Position numbers and translations under genes: made by a program. From Planctomycetota bacterium (lineage in GTDB: Bacteria; Planctomycetota; Planctomycetia; JALXBF01): 41,992 nt of DNA. Location of the stretch: contig JALXBF010000153.1 of the NCBI GenBank assembly GCA_026991575.1, positions 1-41,992 on the forward strand, in the 5' to 3' direction. Each line of letters starts with the position of its first letter. Position 1 is the first letter of the stretch. Below are positions 39,455 through 41,992 of the stretch, piece by piece. Under the pieces are notes generated by a model. The model was not told the origin of the DNA. It did not search any database and saw nothing but the letters and a program-made list of their open reading frames with translations.

Positions 39455-39730
39455 CCGCAGCGCCGGGGACCGGGGCGGTGGTTCGGTTTTGCGTTGTGCC
39501 ATCGCGTGAGTGGGGGGCCCGGCGCGCGGTTGTGGAAAAGCCGAAGCGGGCGCCGGACGAATCGGGCAGCCTGCACCGACCGGGCAGTGTACGTCGAAGG
39601 GGCCGAGGGGGGCGCGAAGCCCCCCTCAACCCCCTCCAAGAGAGGGCTCCAATCGATCAGCTTCCCAATCCGTGAAACGCTTGCTGGAACCGAATCACTC
39701 CGTCGGCGTCGAGAGCGACTCTCCGTGTGC
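39455..39730 (+). repeat. Possible third, more decayed copy of the IS-associated tail, including hairpin GAGGGGGGC-N5-GCCCCCCTC (39605-39627)
   Basis: The 9-bp stem is identical to 41797-41819. Short colinear matches flank it (GCAGCGCCG, CCATCG, TCGA.GGG, CCAAGA, CCGTCGGCGT). Confidence 0.4.
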
Positions 39731-39761
39731 TCGATCCGGACTCCCGGTTGATATCGGTCGG

Positions 39762-40664
39762 TTAGGACGGCCAGCGTCGGAGCCGTCCCGACATCAGGTT
39801 AGCGATCTTGACGAGCGTCCCGTCACCGACTCTCGGAAAACCTGCCGGTAACGGCTGATCGTGTGGATCATCGGGGTGTGTCGTCAGTTCGAGTTTCCCT
39901 TTGCCGTTCGGCCCGACGGAGACCTGGCCGACGAGCTTCCCGGCAACGTAGACGTTGTAGCTGGCTCCGGGGGTCGCCCCGTAAAGTTCGACCTCAAACT
40001 TTCGTTTGACGATGGCGCCTCGCTTGACTTCGTACTCCGCCTTCCCTCGAACGCCTCCCGGGCCGGTCATGTAAACTTTGTATTCCGTTTCGAGCGCTTT
40101 CGCGCGTCCTCCCTGTCGCTCGCGCAGTTCGTGTCCGGGGACGTCGTCGTGGTCATCGTGGTCGTAGTCGTCCCAATCGCGTCCGCCGCGCAGCCGGTCG
40201 GCGCCGGGTCCGCCGCGGAGCAGGTCACGGCCGGGGCCACCCCGTAGCTCGTCTCGCCCTGCTTGACCGTAGAGCCAGTCGTCGTTGTCGCGACCGGCTA
40301 GCAGGTCATCGCCCGGTCCACCGTAGAGTTCGTCGCTGCCGCGTCCACCACGAAGGAAGTCATTGCCAAGTCCGCCGCGCAGGGTGGTGGGGAGCAGGAT
40401 CGAGTCGTCGATGAGGATCCGGTCGTCCCCCCGGCGTCCGGCGACGACGATTTGCCGAATCTGACTGGCGTCGAAGCTGGTCTCGGACCCGTTCTCGCGC
40501 ACAATGATGTTACCGCCCGACCGGAACACACGGATAATGTCGTCTCCGTGTGTGCCGGCGACGAACAGCGTTTGGTTGGAAACAGAGGCGGACAGCAGAG
40601 TACGCGCTTCAAGGGACTCGACGGTGAGCCGGCATGCTGGACGGCGACGCCGAATCGAACCCAT
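39762..40664 (-). CDS. Extracellular calcium-binding protein: LEPRxLL-like N-terminal motif, hemolysin/RTX-type GGxGxD repeats, Asp/His tract, C-terminal beta domain
   Basis: GGAGG SD before ATG 40664; RRRR...LTVESLEARTLLS; GGLGNDFLRGGRGSDELYGGPGDDLLAG; DWDDYDHDDHDD. Confidence 0.85.
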   Translation of the reverse strand: MGSIRRRRPACRLTVESLEARTLLSASVSNQTLFVAGTHGDDIIRVFRSGGNIIVRENGSETSFDASQIRQIVVAGRRGDDRILIDDSILLPTTLRGGLGNDFLRGGRGSDELYGGPGDDLLAGRDNDDWLYGQAGRDELRGGPGRDLLRGGPGADRLRGGRDWDDYDHDDHDDVPGHELRERQGGRAKALETEYKVYMTGPGGVRGKAEYEVKRGAIVKRKFEVELYGATPGASYNVYVAGKLVGQVSVGPNGKGKLELTTHPDDPHDQPLPAGFPRVGDGTLVKIANLMSGRLRRWPS

Positions 40665-40722
40665 CGTATAGCCTCCACATATCGTGGCGTTTGACAAAGA
40701 CACCACTAATTTGGTCATACTA

Positions 40723-40751
40723 ATGCTATAGTAGGACGCCTGGGTTGTCAA
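40723..40751 (-). promoter_or_regulatory. Sigma70-type promoter for the calcium-binding protein gene
   Basis: Minus strand TTGACA (40751-40746), 17 nt, TAGCAT (40728-40723). Confidence 0.65.
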
Positions 40752-40959
40752 GACTCGCGGCGTGGAGGTCGAGGCGGTTGCGCTGTCCCCAAGCTGTTGG
40801 CCGATCAGGTCTGTGCGTCAGTGCCGAGCTGGCTTTCCCCGCAGAACGCCTGTCTGAGTGGTGGTTTCGGCCGATGTTTGTGGACTTCGGAATGAACAAG
40901 CACGAAGTCTTGACTAAGGAGGGGCCGGCGCGGGGATGTGTTGCCCGGCCCGGTGCCTT

Positions 40960-41992
40960 AGAGGCGCCCCCCTTGCCTTGAGAAGGTCACGGACATCAGC
41001 ACAAGCGCGATGGCCCGCAACACAACGCGTCGGCTGTGCGTCTGGAAGACGTTGGCGCACGGCCCCGCGACCGGACTGATCCGCAAGTTGCTGGACATCA
41101 TTCCTGACAAGCGGTTGCCGACAGCGTTCGCGAAAGAGCGTGGTCGTGGCCGAAATGATCTGCCCGTGCAGGTGTCGTGACGGATTCTGGTTGTGCCTGC
41201 CGCATTGCGACACCAAAGCATCGAGTACTGCCTGCCGGAGTTGCGGCGGAACGAGTGACTGCAGAAAGTGGTGGGCATTGAGTCCGAGGAGGCAGTGCCA
41301 CGGACGTGGAACCTGTCGCGGCTATTGGAGCGGTTGGGCCAGGAGCCGTAGCTGGACGAGTTGATGGCCGTGTTGGTGGGTGGCGACTCGGTCCGGTCCC
41401 GTGCACGATGGTCTGTGGGCACACGGCGATGATCGACCTTACAGCGCGCTGTCGCAGCGTCCCCGGGAGCCGAGGGAGGTCGTAGCGCTTGGCACGCCGA
41501 AGGGGAAGAGGGAGCGGTGCTCGCCGTAACCGGTCGCCAGCGGCGTTCCATCGCTGGGAAAGTGGGGGACTCGCGAGCTGTGTTTACCTAGCGGATCGGA
41601 TGGCAGCTTCATCCTGCGGGAACGCACGGCGGTGACATGCTGAGAGGCCGTCATGGGGGCAGCGCCGCGGCCGCGTGCACTCGCCCGCGCGGGGGGTTAC
41701 CATTCCATCGGCGAGATGGAGAACGGGGCGACTGCCACGCGAAGCCCTGCCCAGGGGAATTGCCACATGGATCCGCCAGCTTGCTTCGACGGGCGGGAGG
41801 GGGGCCTCATGCCCCCCTCCCCCAAGATGGATGGGTAGCGCCGGCGTATCCCAAAAGAATCTCTGCGCCGCCGAGCCGCGGGCAGGATCGATCCCGCCCG
41901 CGGCTCGGGTGCTGCGATTCGCTTCAGCCGTCGGCGTGGGCGAGGAGATTCCGCTGAGGCTACCGACTGTGGTGCCGAATGCGGGAGAACCG
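40960..41992 (+). mobile_element. Decayed IS remnant homologous to 15320-16090; may continue past the right edge
   Basis: Colinear nucleotide similarity to the reverse complement of 15320-16090 covering upstream, coding and downstream parts; hairpins at 41797-41819 and 41871-41908. Confidence 0.75.
41010..41380 (+). pseudogene. Transposase pseudogene, N-terminal part (IS1182/IS5-like)
   Basis: From ATG 41010: ...IPDKRLPTAFAKERGRGRNDLPVQVS*RIL...LRHQSIEYCLPELRRNE*LQKVVGIESEEAVPRTWNLSRLLERLGQEP*LDEL. In-frame stops at 41178, 41256 and 41349. Confidence 0.8.

Noticed and set aside
39019..39639. 207-aa N-terminal extension of the WD40 ORF (1394 aa in the track)
   Set aside because: Low-complexity Arg/Pro/Ser translation that runs through a promoter and a repeat remnant; a signal peptide begins at 39009.
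35455..40400. CRISPR array or DGR-type repeats
   Set aside because: The repetition is protein-level (WD40, RTX). There are no constant repeats with unique spacers, no cas genes and no reverse transcriptase in the window.
41010..41351. Selenocysteine/pyrrolysine or recoded stops in the transposase frame
   Set aside because: Mixed TGA and TAG stops, loss of homology downstream and a frameshifted sister copy indicate decay. Other genes use TGA and TAG as normal stops.
15320..41992. Composite transposon bounded by the two inverted IS remnants
   Set aside because: The copies are highly diverged and inactive, no target duplication is visible, and the interval contains essential rpsB-tsf-pyrH-frr.

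Overview
GC-rich bacterial chromosome segment, almost certainly from a Planctomycetota. Supporting signs are a DUF1559 prepilin-like gene, an LEPRxLL-type extracellular protein, a PPC-domain protein, a giant WD40 protein, a sulfatase, DUF1080 and a short PheT. It holds two core translation clusters (infC-rpmI-rplT-pheS-pheT-icd and rpsB-tsf-pyrH-frr). Other contents: (i) a 1354-aa secreted two-CxxCH/QW-repeat/HEAT protein divergent from a partial gene that looks like mch; (ii) other likely pterin/C1 genes (a CExxHGH-type PTPS and a RimK-like ligase); (iii) a heme-c-fused, CydA-like cytochrome bd-superfamily pair; (iv) an accessory cassette (small secreted protein, DUF1559, LRR lipoprotein) with its own promoter and a simple-repeat uORF that could act as a frameshift switch; (v) two or three decayed copies of one IS-derived element that share a hairpin-rich tail. 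No rRNA, tRNA or CRISPR array was seen. Family assignments come from motifs recognised by eye, not from database searches.
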